32,000 nucleotides of DNA from Candidatus Saccharimonadota bacterium (GTDB lineage: Bacteria > Patescibacteriota > Saccharimonadia > Saccharimonadales > UBA4665): NCBI GenBank assembly GCA_016700375.1, contig CP065016.1, positions 840,001 through 872,000 of the forward strand, in the 5' to 3' direction. The notes under the pieces are model-generated. The model was not told the DNA's origin, did no database searches, and saw only the letters and a program-made list of their open reading frames with translations. Shown here one piece after another: positions 16,665 to 24,975 of the stretch. The position numbers and the translations under genes are program-made. Positions within the stretch are counted from its first letter, which is position 1, and each line of letters begins with the position of its first letter.

Positions 16665-17795
16665 TTATTTGACGTTTTTTATGCGCGAATGACGGCTGCG
16701 AAGACACTCCACCAGAAATGACTTTACGTTTGCGGCAAATTTTTCCTTCGAGAATTTTGTTGCATAGGCTTTTATGGCGGCGCTACTGTAGCTGCCGCCG
16801 TTAAATTCTTGCAGTGCTTTTGCAAGCGACGCGGCGGTATGTTTTTCAAAAAACTCTCCCGTTACGCCTGGCTTTACATAGTCCAACGCCCCGCCCGCTC
16901 GGTAGGCAATAACGGGCATGCCGGCTGCCATCGCTTCAACAGGGGTAATGCCAAAATCTTCGAGACCGGGGAAGATAAGTCCTTCTGCTCGACTAAACTC
17001 TTCTTCAAGCACAGTATCGCTAACCTTCCCAAGAAATGTCACACTTTTTCCTGCCAGGCGGCGCAGTCGTGCGTGGTCGGGTCCCGCACCAATAACCGTT
17101 AGCGGTATGCCAAGTTTTGTGCAGGCAACAACAGCCAAATCAAAGCGTTTGTAGGGCGTTTGCCGACCTGATATGATAAGCCCTTTCCGTTTGATGCGTG
17201 CCCGGTGTTTTTGAAAACGTTCATAGTAGACAGGGGGAAATATGACCGTACTCTCGCGGCCGTAGTACTTCAAAACCTCGCGTTGTATGTGCGTGGAGTT
17301 TGCAACTATATAATCCGGTCGTTGGGCTGCTTTGTAGTCCCAGCGCCGAAGCGGCTTCACAAACAGCCACAACCCGAAGCGCGCAATGGGGTCAAGCACA
17401 CCAAACCCCGGGCGCTTCATATACTCTTCGTAGCGACTCCAGTAGTAGTGAGTCGGTGCATGGCAGTAATTTACGTGCAGGGTTCCGGGAGGTACTTTTA
17501 TGCCTTTTGCTTCTGCGCCCGAGCTGCTAATAACAAGGTCGTAGCCGCTCAGCTTCAAACGACTAAAGTACACAATCCGAAGCATTGGCAAAAATTTCCG
17601 TAGCTTCCCGAACGGTTGCAGCCACCCCGTGATGACTTTGTTGTCTAGCCGCTTGCGCCACTGCGCAGTCGCGTAAGACGTATAAATGGGTGCCTCGGGA
17701 AAGAGTTTGTGCAGCTGCTCGACGACTAACTCGGCGCCCCCCCCTACCAGCCAGTCGTGCACAATAGCCACTCGCAGCTTTGGGCTACGCGTCAT
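16665..17795 (-). CDS. Glycosyltransferase family 1/4
   Basis: LRVAIVHDWLVGGGAE N-terminus and LEDFGITPVEAMAAGMPVIAYRAGGALDYV signature. ATG 17795 is preferred over GTG 17807. It overlaps the upstream gene stop. Confidence 0.8.
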   Translation of the reverse strand: MTRSPKLRVAIVHDWLVGGGAELVVEQLHKLFPEAPIYTSYATAQWRKRLDNKVITGWLQPFGKLRKFLPMLRIVYFSRLKLSGYDLVISSSGAEAKGIKVPPGTLHVNYCHAPTHYYWSRYEEYMKRPGFGVLDPIARFGLWLFVKPLRRWDYKAAQRPDYIVANSTHIQREVLKYYGRESTVIFPPVYYERFQKHRARIKRKGLIISGRQTPYKRFDLAVVACTKLGIPLTVIGAGPDHARLRRLAGKSVTFLGKVSDTVLEEEFSRAEGLIFPGLEDFGITPVEAMAAGMPVIAYRAGGALDYVKPGVTGEFFEKHTAASLAKALQEFNGGSYSSAAIKAYATKFSKEKFAANVKSFLVECLRSRHSRIKNVK

Positions 17796-19233
17796 AGCGC
17801 GCTCCACGCCTGAACAAACGCTCTATGACAACACGGATTGTCTTGGTGATGATGACTATATCGAGCCAGAAGCTCCAGTTCTGTACATAGTAAAGGTCAA
17901 GCTTTCTTCGCTCATCAAAGCTCATGGCGTGTCGTCCCGATACGAGCGCGAGGCTGGTTAAGCCGGATTTTACGCTGAGAATGAGGTTCTTTTTGTCATA
18001 CTGTTCCAGTTCGTAGATGTCGAGTGCACGTGGGCCAACCAGGCTAATTTCTCCGTGTACAACATTCCATAGCTGTGGCAGTTCGTCGAGGCTAGCGGTG
18101 CGAAGCAGCCTGCCAATGGTGGTGACGCGCGGGTCATTTGTGAGCTGGTCACCATTTTCACGGTACTGCTGGGCAAGTTCTGGCCTGCCCAACTTTGCAA
18201 AACCTGCCTCCGGAGACATATTGTTGTACGCCTGCTTCATGGTGCGAAATTTGTAGACGTAAATGGGCGTCCCAAAGCGGCTCATGCGTTTTGCTTTATA
18301 AAACACAGGTCCAGACGGGTCGGTGAGTTTTATGAGCAGGCCAGCTACAACCCATAGTGGCAGACTCAGTATAAAAAGGAGTCCACCAATCACAATGTCA
18401 GTCAGGCGTTTCAGTATGCGCCCCCAACCAAACAGCGCAGTGTGGTGTACGTGAATGACCGGTATGCTATTACGAAAGAGGTCCACGTCTATGTTGCCCA
18501 CAAAAAGTTCACTATTTCCTGGCACAAACCGATAACTAATGTGATGTTGCTGGGCGTAGTCAAATATAGCCGCATTCCTCTCCTCATCTGCATACAGCTC
18601 AGTCTGGATGATATTGTGAATGTCTTTGGGCTTGCTACGAAGAAACGCCTCAAATGTATCAAAAGCCGGAACTGTTTCTGGTGATCGTTTGCCGTAGCCA
18701 ACTACAGCAGCGATTTCGTAGCCAGATTGTTTTGTATTTGCGAGCGAAGTCAGGAGCTCGCGTGTCACCGGAGTTTTGCCAACTATGACTATGCGGTTCA
18801 GGCCAATACCAAAAGAGAACAGGGAAGTACGGATGATGCGGGCAATGTTGCGCAGAGAAAGCAGCACCACAAACGCGAGCCCGAATCCATAAATCGGCAC
18901 GAGCTTGGCTGGGAAGATTGTTTGGAGACTCATGTAGTCCCAAAACACCATAAAGAGCAAGCCCACAAACGAACCAACGAACAGTCGACCTGCCTCAACA
19001 AACCGGCGTTCGTATATATTTGCGTTGTAGAGACCAAGCAGGGCAAATATGAGGATCCAAAAGGGAAGCAGGCTCGCAAAAATGAGCACATAGGTGCTGC
19101 CGTCCATGGGGTTTGCCACGGCGACATCACTTGCGCCGCGTATAACAAAGGCCGCAATGAAGCTCGCCAGCAAGGCCACGGCGTCGCCCACCACCAAAAA
19201 GAAGTTATACACCAGCGACGCATTGTTTTTCAT
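17785..19233 (-). CDS. Polyprenyl-phosphate glycosyl-1-phosphate transferase (WbaP/CpsE-type bacterial sugar transferase), initiating enzyme
   Basis: Five N-terminal TM segments plus the C-terminal Bac_transf motifs KRLTDI...[24 protein letters not shown]...[21 protein letters not shown]. Confidence 0.85.
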   Translation of the reverse strand: MKNNASLVYNFFLVVGDAVALLASFIAAFVIRGASDVAVANPMDGSTYVLIFASLLPFWILIFALLGLYNANIYERRFVEAGRLFVGSFVGLLFMVFWDYMSLQTIFPAKLVPIYGFGLAFVVLLSLRNIARIIRTSLFSFGIGLNRIVIVGKTPVTRELLTSLANTKQSGYEIAAVVGYGKRSPETVPAFDTFEAFLRSKPKDIHNIIQTELYADEERNAAIFDYAQQHHISYRFVPGNSELFVGNIDVDLFRNSIPVIHVHHTALFGWGRILKRLTDIVIGGLLFILSLPLWVVAGLLIKLTDPSGPVFYKAKRMSRFGTPIYVYKFRTMKQAYNNMSPEAGFAKLGRPELAQQYRENGDQLTNDPRVTTIGRLLRTASLDELPQLWNVVHGEISLVGPRALDIYELEQYDKKNLILSVKSGLTSLALVSGRHAMSFDERRKLDLYYVQNWSFWLDIVIITKTIRVVIERLFRRGARYDA

Positions 19234-19238
19234 CTATC

Positions 19239-19456
19239 AGTGATTTTACCACTGGTAACCCGAATCCCGCTAGGAAAAACAGAGGAGGCTACTAGCATGC
19301 TTGCAGTTCGTGCGCTTATTCTGAAGCACGTAAGGTAGTGGTAATAGACTTACCGCTACCGCGTACTGGAAGAAGAATGTGCGAAATGTGAGGGTGATAG
19401 TGGTTCTTTATCTGATTTTCCTAGCGGGATTCGGGTTAATGGTGAAACGGTACTGA
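19239..19456. repeat. Inverted-repeat element filling the metK / sugar-transferase spacer (23-bp perfect arms, 137-bp centre)
   Basis: TAACCCGAATCCCGCTAGGAAAA at 19256-19278 has its exact reverse complement at 19416-19438. The arms continue imperfectly outward to ~19239 and ~19456. Confidence 0.7.
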
Positions 19457-19457
19457 C

Positions 19458-20588
19458 CTAGGCGATTTTCTCCCAGGGCAAGTCGGCTTTGCCAAAATGG
19501 CCGTATGCGCTAGTTGCGCTGTAAATGGGACGGCGAAGGTCGAGCCGCTCGATGATTCCGCGTACACTGGTGTCAATGAGCTTGTCTTTGAACGCGTACA
19601 GTTCAGCCTCACTCACCGTGGCGGTACCAAATGTATCGATAGTTTGCATGAGTGGTTTTGGTTGGCCAATGACGTAGGCTAGGCCGACCTCGCACTTGGC
19701 AGCAAGCCCTTTGGCTACGATATTCTTTGCGATGTAGCGTGCCGCGTATGCACCGCTGCGGTCAACCTTGCTTGGGTCTTTGCCGCTAAACGCGCCGCCG
19801 CCGACCCGAGCGTATCCGCCGTACGTGTCGACAACAATCTTGCGCCCCGTAAGGCCGGCATCACTTTCCGGACCAGGTATGTGCCACAGTCCCGTGCCAT
19901 TTACGACAATATTGTGCTCGGCCGGCAACGTAAATCCGTAGTGACGCAAAATGGGGTGAAAAACATGCTCAATTACATCTGCTCGTACTTGATCCGCGGT
20001 GAAATCCTCGTGGTGCGCAACCGCTGCAACCAACTTTTCGACTGCCACTGGCTTGCCATCTTCGTCATAGCGAATGGTCACCTGTGCCTTGCCGTCTGGG
20101 CGTAGCCACTTGAGTACCCCAGTTTCGCGGCACTCGTCAATCCGGCGAGTAAGTGCATGTGCCATGGCAATCGGCAGTGGCATAAGCTCAGGCGTTTCGT
20201 TGCAGGCAAAGCCAAACATCATGCCCTGGTCGCCTGCGCCGTCCACATCGACGCCCATGGCAATCTCGGGCGATTGTTGGTGCAGGAAGTTCGTAAAATG
20301 CGACTCGGTTGCAGAAAACCCCCACTTGGGATTAGTGTAGCCAAGCTCTTTAATTTTACTGCGGACGATCTTCTCGAAGTCTACTTTGGCGCTCGTTTTG
20401 ATTTCGCCAAACAGGCTAATTTGGTTGGCGCCCACAACGGTTTCTATACCAGTACGCGCCTGCCGGTCAAGCCTCAATATGGCGTCCACCAGCGCATCAC
20501 TCACGGCATCAGCCATTTTGTCTGGGTGCCCGGCACACACCGACTCACTGGTGAATAGCGTGGCGTCCCCTATGGTATTGCTTGTCAT
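19458..20588 (-). CDS. metK: S-adenosylmethionine synthetase
   Basis: GHPDKMADAVSDALVDA, GAGDQGMMFGFA and GGGAFSGKDPSKVDRSGAY are canonical MetK motifs. Confidence 0.95.
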   Translation of the reverse strand: MTSNTIGDATLFTSESVCAGHPDKMADAVSDALVDAILRLDRQARTGIETVVGANQISLFGEIKTSAKVDFEKIVRSKIKELGYTNPKWGFSATESHFTNFLHQQSPEIAMGVDVDGAGDQGMMFGFACNETPELMPLPIAMAHALTRRIDECRETGVLKWLRPDGKAQVTIRYDEDGKPVAVEKLVAAVAHHEDFTADQVRADVIEHVFHPILRHYGFTLPAEHNIVVNGTGLWHIPGPESDAGLTGRKIVVDTYGGYARVGGGAFSGKDPSKVDRSGAYAARYIAKNIVAKGLAAKCEVGLAYVIGQPKPLMQTIDTFGTATVSEAELYAFKDKLIDTSVRGIIERLDLRRPIYSATSAYGHFGKADLPWEKIA

Positions 20589-20615
20589 AAAAAATCCTTT
20601 CCGCGCAGGAAAGGA
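20589..20615 (-). terminator. Riboswitch expression platform: intrinsic terminator that also sequesters the SD, abutting the metK ATG
   Basis: The minus strand reads UCCUUUCC-UGCGC-GGAAAGGA-UUUUUU-AUG. The 3' arm contains AAGGA. An upstream GGGAAAG can pair alternatively with CUUUCC as an antiterminator. Confidence 0.65.
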
Positions 20616-20745
20616 GTGGTCATGACCATATCTTTCCCACCATTACGTTAGTAACAGAGGCTAGATGAAGCACCGTTCTACTGAAAATAGATGGTTGCCG
20701 ACGGGTCACCGCGCTAGAACGCTCGCCGTACTCTCGATATCTCAC
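20589..20745 (-). promoter_or_regulatory. SAM-I (S-box) riboswitch in the metK leader
   Basis: The minus strand reads GAGAUAUCGAGAGUACGGCGAGCGUUCUAGCGCGGUGACCCGUCGGCAACC...ACGGUGCUUCAUCUAGC...AAAGAUAU. This matches the S-box core (UAUCnAGAG, GG.GAG, GGCAACC, GGUGCU.A.UC.AGC, and a P1 3' strand complementary to AUAUC). A terminator follows. Confidence 0.8.
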
Positions 20746-20760
20746 TTGTTAAGTACACCT

Positions 20761-20788
20761 AGTATAGCATTTAGCAGAGTTCAGACAA
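20761..20788 (-). promoter_or_regulatory. Candidate sigma-70 type promoter for the riboswitch-metK transcript
   Basis: The minus strand reads TTGTCT (20783-20788), a 16-nt spacer, then TATACT (20761-20766), about 15 nt upstream of the riboswitch P1. Confidence 0.45.
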
Positions 20789-20794
20789 ACAGGT

Positions 20795-20872
20795 AGCAGA
20801 AATGTAGCAAGGAACATTTTACAGACATGCGGGTGCGGACATCTGTGAGCTGACATCTGCTACATTTCTGCT
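20795..20872. repeat. 15-bp inverted repeat just downstream of the ahcY stop (possible terminator/insulator)
   Basis: AGCAGAAATGTAGCA at 20795-20809 has its exact complement TGCTACATTTCTGCT at 20858-20872. The 48-nt centre contains GACATCTG twice. Confidence 0.6.
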
Positions 20873-20875
20873 CAA

Positions 20876-22165
20876 TTAATATCGGTAGTGTTCGGGTTTG
20901 AATGGGCCGTTTTTGGAGATGCCGATGTATTTGCTTTGGTCGTCGCTGAGTTCTGTCAGCTTGCCGCCGAGCGCCTCGACATGCAGGCGCGCGACTTTTT
21001 CGTCCAACTCTTTCGGTAGCATGTATACGCCCACCTCATACGTTTTCGTCCACAGCTCAATCTGTGCAAGTACCTGGTTGCAAAAACTGTTGCTCATAAC
21101 AAAACTCGGGTGCCCTGTGGCGCAACCGAGGTTTACCAGGCGGCCTTCCGCGAGCAGTATTATGCGGTGGCCGTCGGGGAAGGTAAACTGGTCGACCTGT
21201 GGTTTAATCTCGTCCCGCGTAACGCCGGCAGTGTTGATGAGCTGGTCAACCTGTATCTCTACATCAAAATGCCCAATGTTGCAGACAATGGCAGCGTCTT
21301 TCATAGCCGCCATATGCTCGACGGTAATAATATCTTTGCAGCCAGTGGTGGTAACAAAAATATCACCCTCCTTCACGGCATCTTCCATGAGCACAACTTC
21401 GTACCCTTCCATCTGTGCCTGCAGGGCGCAAATGGGGTCAATTTCGGTAACGAGCACGCGGCAGCCGTAGCTGGCGAGCGACTGCGCGCTGCCTTTGCCG
21501 ACATCACCATAGCCAGCCACTACGGCGACTTTGCCGGCCAGCATAACATCGGTCGCGCGCTTTATGCCGTCTACCAGTGACTCTCGGCAGCCGTATTTGT
21601 TATCGAACTTGCTTTTGGTTACCGAGTCATTCACGTTTATTGCGGGTAGTTTTAACTCGCCTTTCTCAAGCATTTGGTACAGGTGGTGCACACCAGTGGT
21701 GGTTTCCTCGGAAACTCCCTTGATATCCGCAAGCAACTCAGGGTGTTTGCTATGGATAAGTCCGGTTAGATCGCCGCCGTCGTCGAGTAGCATGTTTGGC
21801 CCCTTACCATCTGTAAACGTCAGGGTTTGCTCGGCGCACCACCAGTATTCTTCCTCGGTTTCACCCTTCCAGGCAAAAACAGGAATGTTTGAGGCTGCTA
21901 TTGCTGCCGCCGCCTGATCTTGGGTGCTAAAAATATTGCAGGACGACCAGCGGACTTCCGCCCCTAGCTCGACCAGTGTCTCAATAAGCACAGCCGTCTG
22001 GATAGTCATGTGGAGTGACCCAGCAATCCGCGCACCCTTGAGCGGTTGGGCTGCCTTGTATTCAGCTCGCAGGCTCATGAGGCCCGGCATTTCTTTCTCT
22101 GCAAGAAGAATTTCTTTGCGCCCCCACTCGGCGAGCTTTATATCTGCTACCTTATAATCGTTCAT
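20876..22165 (-). CDS. ahcY: Adenosylhomocysteinase
   Basis: [19 protein letters not shown]..., NAD site [16 protein letters not shown]-terminal [10 protein letters not shown], 429 aa. Confidence 0.95.
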   Translation of the reverse strand: MNDYKVADIKLAEWGRKEILLAEKEMPGLMSLRAEYKAAQPLKGARIAGSLHMTIQTAVLIETLVELGAEVRWSSCNIFSTQDQAAAAIAASNIPVFAWKGETEEEYWWCAEQTLTFTDGKGPNMLLDDGGDLTGLIHSKHPELLADIKGVSEETTTGVHHLYQMLEKGELKLPAINVNDSVTKSKFDNKYGCRESLVDGIKRATDVMLAGKVAVVAGYGDVGKGSAQSLASYGCRVLVTEIDPICALQAQMEGYEVVLMEDAVKEGDIFVTTTGCKDIITVEHMAAMKDAAIVCNIGHFDVEIQVDQLINTAGVTRDEIKPQVDQFTFPDGHRIILLAEGRLVNLGCATGHPSFVMSNSFCNQVLAQIELWTKTYEVGVYMLPKELDEKVARLHVEALGGKLTELSDDQSKYIGISKNGPFKPEHYRY

Positions 22166-23136
22166 ACACTCTCCTTTACGGGGTTAAATGGTGGCGGTGC
22201 GCCAAAAGTTTTTTCATATCGTTCTGCAAGTGATTCGAGGTCAAATGTATGCGTCTGCGTGCCCAGTGTTTCTATAGCAAAGCTTGCGCAGGTTGCCCCA
22301 AGCTGTGTCGCTTCGCGTAACGACCAGCCGTGGGCGTAGCCGTAACATAGCCCAGCTCGGTACGCGTCACCCGCACCGGTCGGGTCTACAACTTCACTGG
22401 CGCTGACGACTCCAATCTCAATAGGTTTTTCAACATCCCTGCCTTCAATTCGAGACCCGTCCGGTCCGTGCGTCGTAATGACCACTGGCACTTGCGCAGT
22501 GATTTCATGTGCCTCGAGCCCAGTTCGCTTGCAGAGCACAGCGAATTCGTAATCGTTTAGAACAAGCATCTCCGCTGCCTCTACGCCTGCCCGAATATCT
22601 TCGGCTGGCGCATTGCTAACCTGCTGGCCAATATCGTAGCACACTGACAGATTCATTTCGCGGGCTTCCTCTATTTGCTTACGCATGGCTTTGGGGTCGT
22701 GCGGCGAAATGACGACCAATGCGTTTTGCCCGCGCCAAGGTTCTAAACTGAGGCTGTCACTGTCGAACATTGCGCCCGGATAAAACCCACCAACCTGGTT
22801 TTGGTCGCGGTCGGTAATAACATTGAAACTCGCTGTCGGCAGTGTACTTTCGTGAATGTGGGCTATGTTTACCCCATGCCGCGCAAGCTTTTCCATGTAC
22901 TCTACCGCATCTGGCCCGACCGAACCAAGTAGGTACGGTTCGTTGCCTAGTAAAGACAACGTGTACGCTATATTTGCCGCCACGCCACCGTACGTGTCAC
23001 GCAAACTATCGAGAAAGATTGAAACGGACACGCTATCAAGTTTTTCGGCATGGAGATAATCCTCATACGAGCCAGAGAAACTCATAATCCGGTCTATGGC
23101 TATTGAGCCGGTCAAGACAATTGGTCGCACATTCAT
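22162..23136 (-). CDS. PfkB-family kinase, adenosine-kinase-like (actinobacterial AdoK type)
   Basis: [16 protein letters not shown]...[11 protein letters not shown]... and [12 protein letters not shown] (PfkB signature). It shares an ATGA-type 4-nt overlap with ahcY. ATG 23136 is preferred over the TTG at 23142. Confidence 0.7.
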   Translation of the reverse strand: MNVRPIVLTGSIAIDRIMSFSGSYEDYLHAEKLDSVSVSIFLDSLRDTYGGVAANIAYTLSLLGNEPYLLGSVGPDAVEYMEKLARHGVNIAHIHESTLPTASFNVITDRDQNQVGGFYPGAMFDSDSLSLEPWRGQNALVVISPHDPKAMRKQIEEAREMNLSVCYDIGQQVSNAPAEDIRAGVEAAEMLVLNDYEFAVLCKRTGLEAHEITAQVPVVITTHGPDGSRIEGRDVEKPIEIGVVSASEVVDPTGAGDAYRAGLCYGYAHGWSLREATQLGATCASFAIETLGTQTHTFDLESLAERYEKTFGAPPPFNPVKESV

Positions 23137-23179
23137 TGACAATAAGTATATCGGTCATCACGGAAACACCCAAACCCGC

Positions 23180-23188
23180 TGGTATACT
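23180..23188 (+). promoter_or_regulatory. Extended -10 box TGgTATACT, 8 nt upstream of ATG 23197
   Basis: Read directly in the sequence. The divergent partner TATACT (reverse complement of 23145-23150) lies 8 nt upstream of ATG 23136. Confidence 0.45.
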
Positions 23189-23196
23189 AGGGGAAT

Positions 23197-24543
23197 ATGG
23201 ATAGGGCAAAGGGCAAAGGGCAAAGGGCAAAGGGCGCTACCAGGCACCAGTCTGTCAAGCGCCACCTCGGCACCAGACTACCTGATTATGTTGTCGCTTT
23301 TGTGCTGGCGGTTGTCCCTGTGCACGCCTTGTTGACGGTATGGGCCTCTACGCTAGTTGGCCACTATACATTGCTGAGGCTTTGGCCGGAAGTGGCCGTC
23401 TTTGGTCTCAGTTTGTGGTTCTTGGCAAGCGGGCGCATTCACCGGATGTGGCGTGGGCTATCCAAATTTCACCTGGGATGGCCAATTCTTCTCTATATAC
23501 TTATCTCCATTTTATATTTTGCCGTTGCGACCCTGCGCGGAAATGTCGGTCTGCGTCCAGCAAGCTATGGTCTGCTGCTCAGTCTTCGCCCCATGGTTTG
23601 GTTCGTGCTGGTCTACGCGGTCGCCCTTGAACGTACGTGGCTGGTAAGGCACTGGCAAAAACTGGTATTTGTTCCCCTTGCTATCGTCTCCACTTTTGCC
23701 GTGTTGCAATTTTTTGTTTTGCCACCGGATTTTCTGAAGCATGTGGGCTATGAAAAGGGCGTCACCATTGTGCCAATACAAACAATTAACCAGGACACCG
23801 CAACCATCCGAGCTCAGTCGACGCTGCGCGGCCCAAACCCCCTCGGCGCCTATGTGCTTTTTGGCATATTCCTCGTGTGGGTTTTCATGCGACGGAGGGC
23901 TCGTAAATATTTGCTGCTCGCGGTAGCCGGAGCGGCACTGTACCTTAGTTTTTCGCGCAGTGCGTGGGTGGGGCTGGTGGTGGCTGGATTGGTGTGGTTT
24001 GCGGTAAGTAAGCGGTTGGCGTTGAACACTCGGCCTGTGTTTGTATCCTCGGCAGTGGCATTGTTTGTGTTGTTCGCCGGTATTTTGCTCACCCAAAACA
24101 ATCAGGGTTTTAAGAATGTCATTCTGCACATGAACGACAACTCTACAGCCTCACAGACATCAAATGAGAATAGGCTTTTTGCCCTTCGAGAAGGTGTCGA
24201 AGATGTTGTAACCGAACCGTTTGGCAGGGGACCTGGGACGGCAGGACCAGCATCGATGCTTGAAGACACAACACCTGCCCGCAACAGCGAAAACTATTTT
24301 CTTTCCGTTGGGCAAGAAACAGGGTGGCTTGGCCTCGGCATTTTCATCATACTTTGCTACTGGCTCGCTCGGGCCCTTTACGAACGGCGTAATACTTTTT
24401 CTCGGGCTTTGCTGGCAACCTTCGCCGGATTATCCGCGGTAAACATGCTCTCCTACGCGTGGGCTGACGTGACGTTGGCGTATATGTGGTGGGGTTTGGC
24501 GGGCATAGCGCTGGCGGGGGCTCCGCAGAAAGAACGTGCCTAG
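23197..24543 (+). CDS. O-antigen ligase / polymerase family (Wzy_C-like) polytopic membrane protein
   Basis: About 11 TM segments. There is a large loop with a SRSAW motif (LSFSRSAWVGLVVAG) and a periplasmic-type loop HMNDNSTASQTSNENRLFALREG, typical of Wzy_C/O-antigen ligase proteins. Confidence 0.7.
   Translation: MDRAKGKGQRAKGATRHQSVKRHLGTRLPDYVVAFVLAVVPVHALLTVWASTLVGHYTLLRLWPEVAVFGLSLWFLASGRIHRMWRGLSKFHLGWPILLYILISILYFAVATLRGNVGLRPASYGLLLSLRPMVWFVLVYAVALERTWLVRHWQKLVFVPLAIVSTFAVLQFFVLPPDFLKHVGYEKGVTIVPIQTINQDTATIRAQSTLRGPNPLGAYVLFGIFLVWVFMRRRARKYLLLAVAGAALYLSFSRSAWVGLVVAGLVWFAVSKRLALNTRPVFVSSAVALFVLFAGILLTQNNQGFKNVILHMNDNSTASQTSNENRLFALREGVEDVVTEPFGRGPGTAGPASMLEDTTPARNSENYFLSVGQETGWLGLGIFIILCYWLARALYERRNTFSRALLATFAGLSAVNMLSYAWADVTLAYMWWGLAGIALAGAPQKERA
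23204..23235 (+). repeat. Heptanucleotide microsatellite (GGGCAAA)4GGGC inside codons 3-13
   Basis: Counted directly: GGGCAAA at 23204, 23211, 23218 and 23225, then GGGC. Confidence 0.9.
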
Positions 24544-24975
24544 ATGTTCGAATATCATGCGCGTAGTCTTGCGTCTCATATACCAAACCGAAGAGGCCTA
24601 TTACAATTTATCTATTTCAACCTCGGGGGTGCTGCATTCTTCGTAAGTGGCTACCTAGTATTTTCTCTTCTCTATGGTCTATTGCACTGGCATTGGCTTG
24701 TAGCGAAGGGGATTGCCGACCTTATAGGCTGGTCGCTGAATTATCTTATCCAGCACTATCTGGCGTTTAGCGATGTGGCGCGTCAGCAGGGGCACAAAAA
24801 AGTGCTGAAAAAGTTTGTGCCGTTCAGTCTCTTCAATATCCCTATAGACTACGCCATTGTTGGCGGCCTGAAGTGGCTTGGTGTTACCCCGTTCCTTGGC
24901 CTCTGGATTTCCAGCGTTTTCTTCACCATCTGGAAATGGCTCTGGTACAAACACTGGGTGTTTAAAGTGAGGTAG
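24544..24975 (+). CDS. GtrA-family membrane protein
   Basis: 143 aa with 4 TM segments, and motifs FIYFNLGGAAFFVSGY...LNYLIQHYLAFS...WKWLWYKHWVF. The ATG directly follows the upstream TAG. Confidence 0.75.
   Translation: MFEYHARSLASHIPNRRGLLQFIYFNLGGAAFFVSGYLVFSLLYGLLHWHWLVAKGIADLIGWSLNYLIQHYLAFSDVARQQGHKKVLKKFVPFSLFNIPIDYAIVGGLKWLGVTPFLGLWISSVFFTIWKWLWYKHWVFKVR

Noticed and set aside
20898-21917. Long antisense track ORFs inside ahcY (20898..21470, 21110..21580, 21531..21917), with similar shadows inside metK, the ligase-like gene (23512..24129) and the riboswitch/515-aa region (27071..27484)
   Set aside because: They are low-complexity, Ser/Ala/Arg-rich translations opposite strongly recognisable genes or the riboswitch, with no start signals. 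These are typical shadow ORFs.
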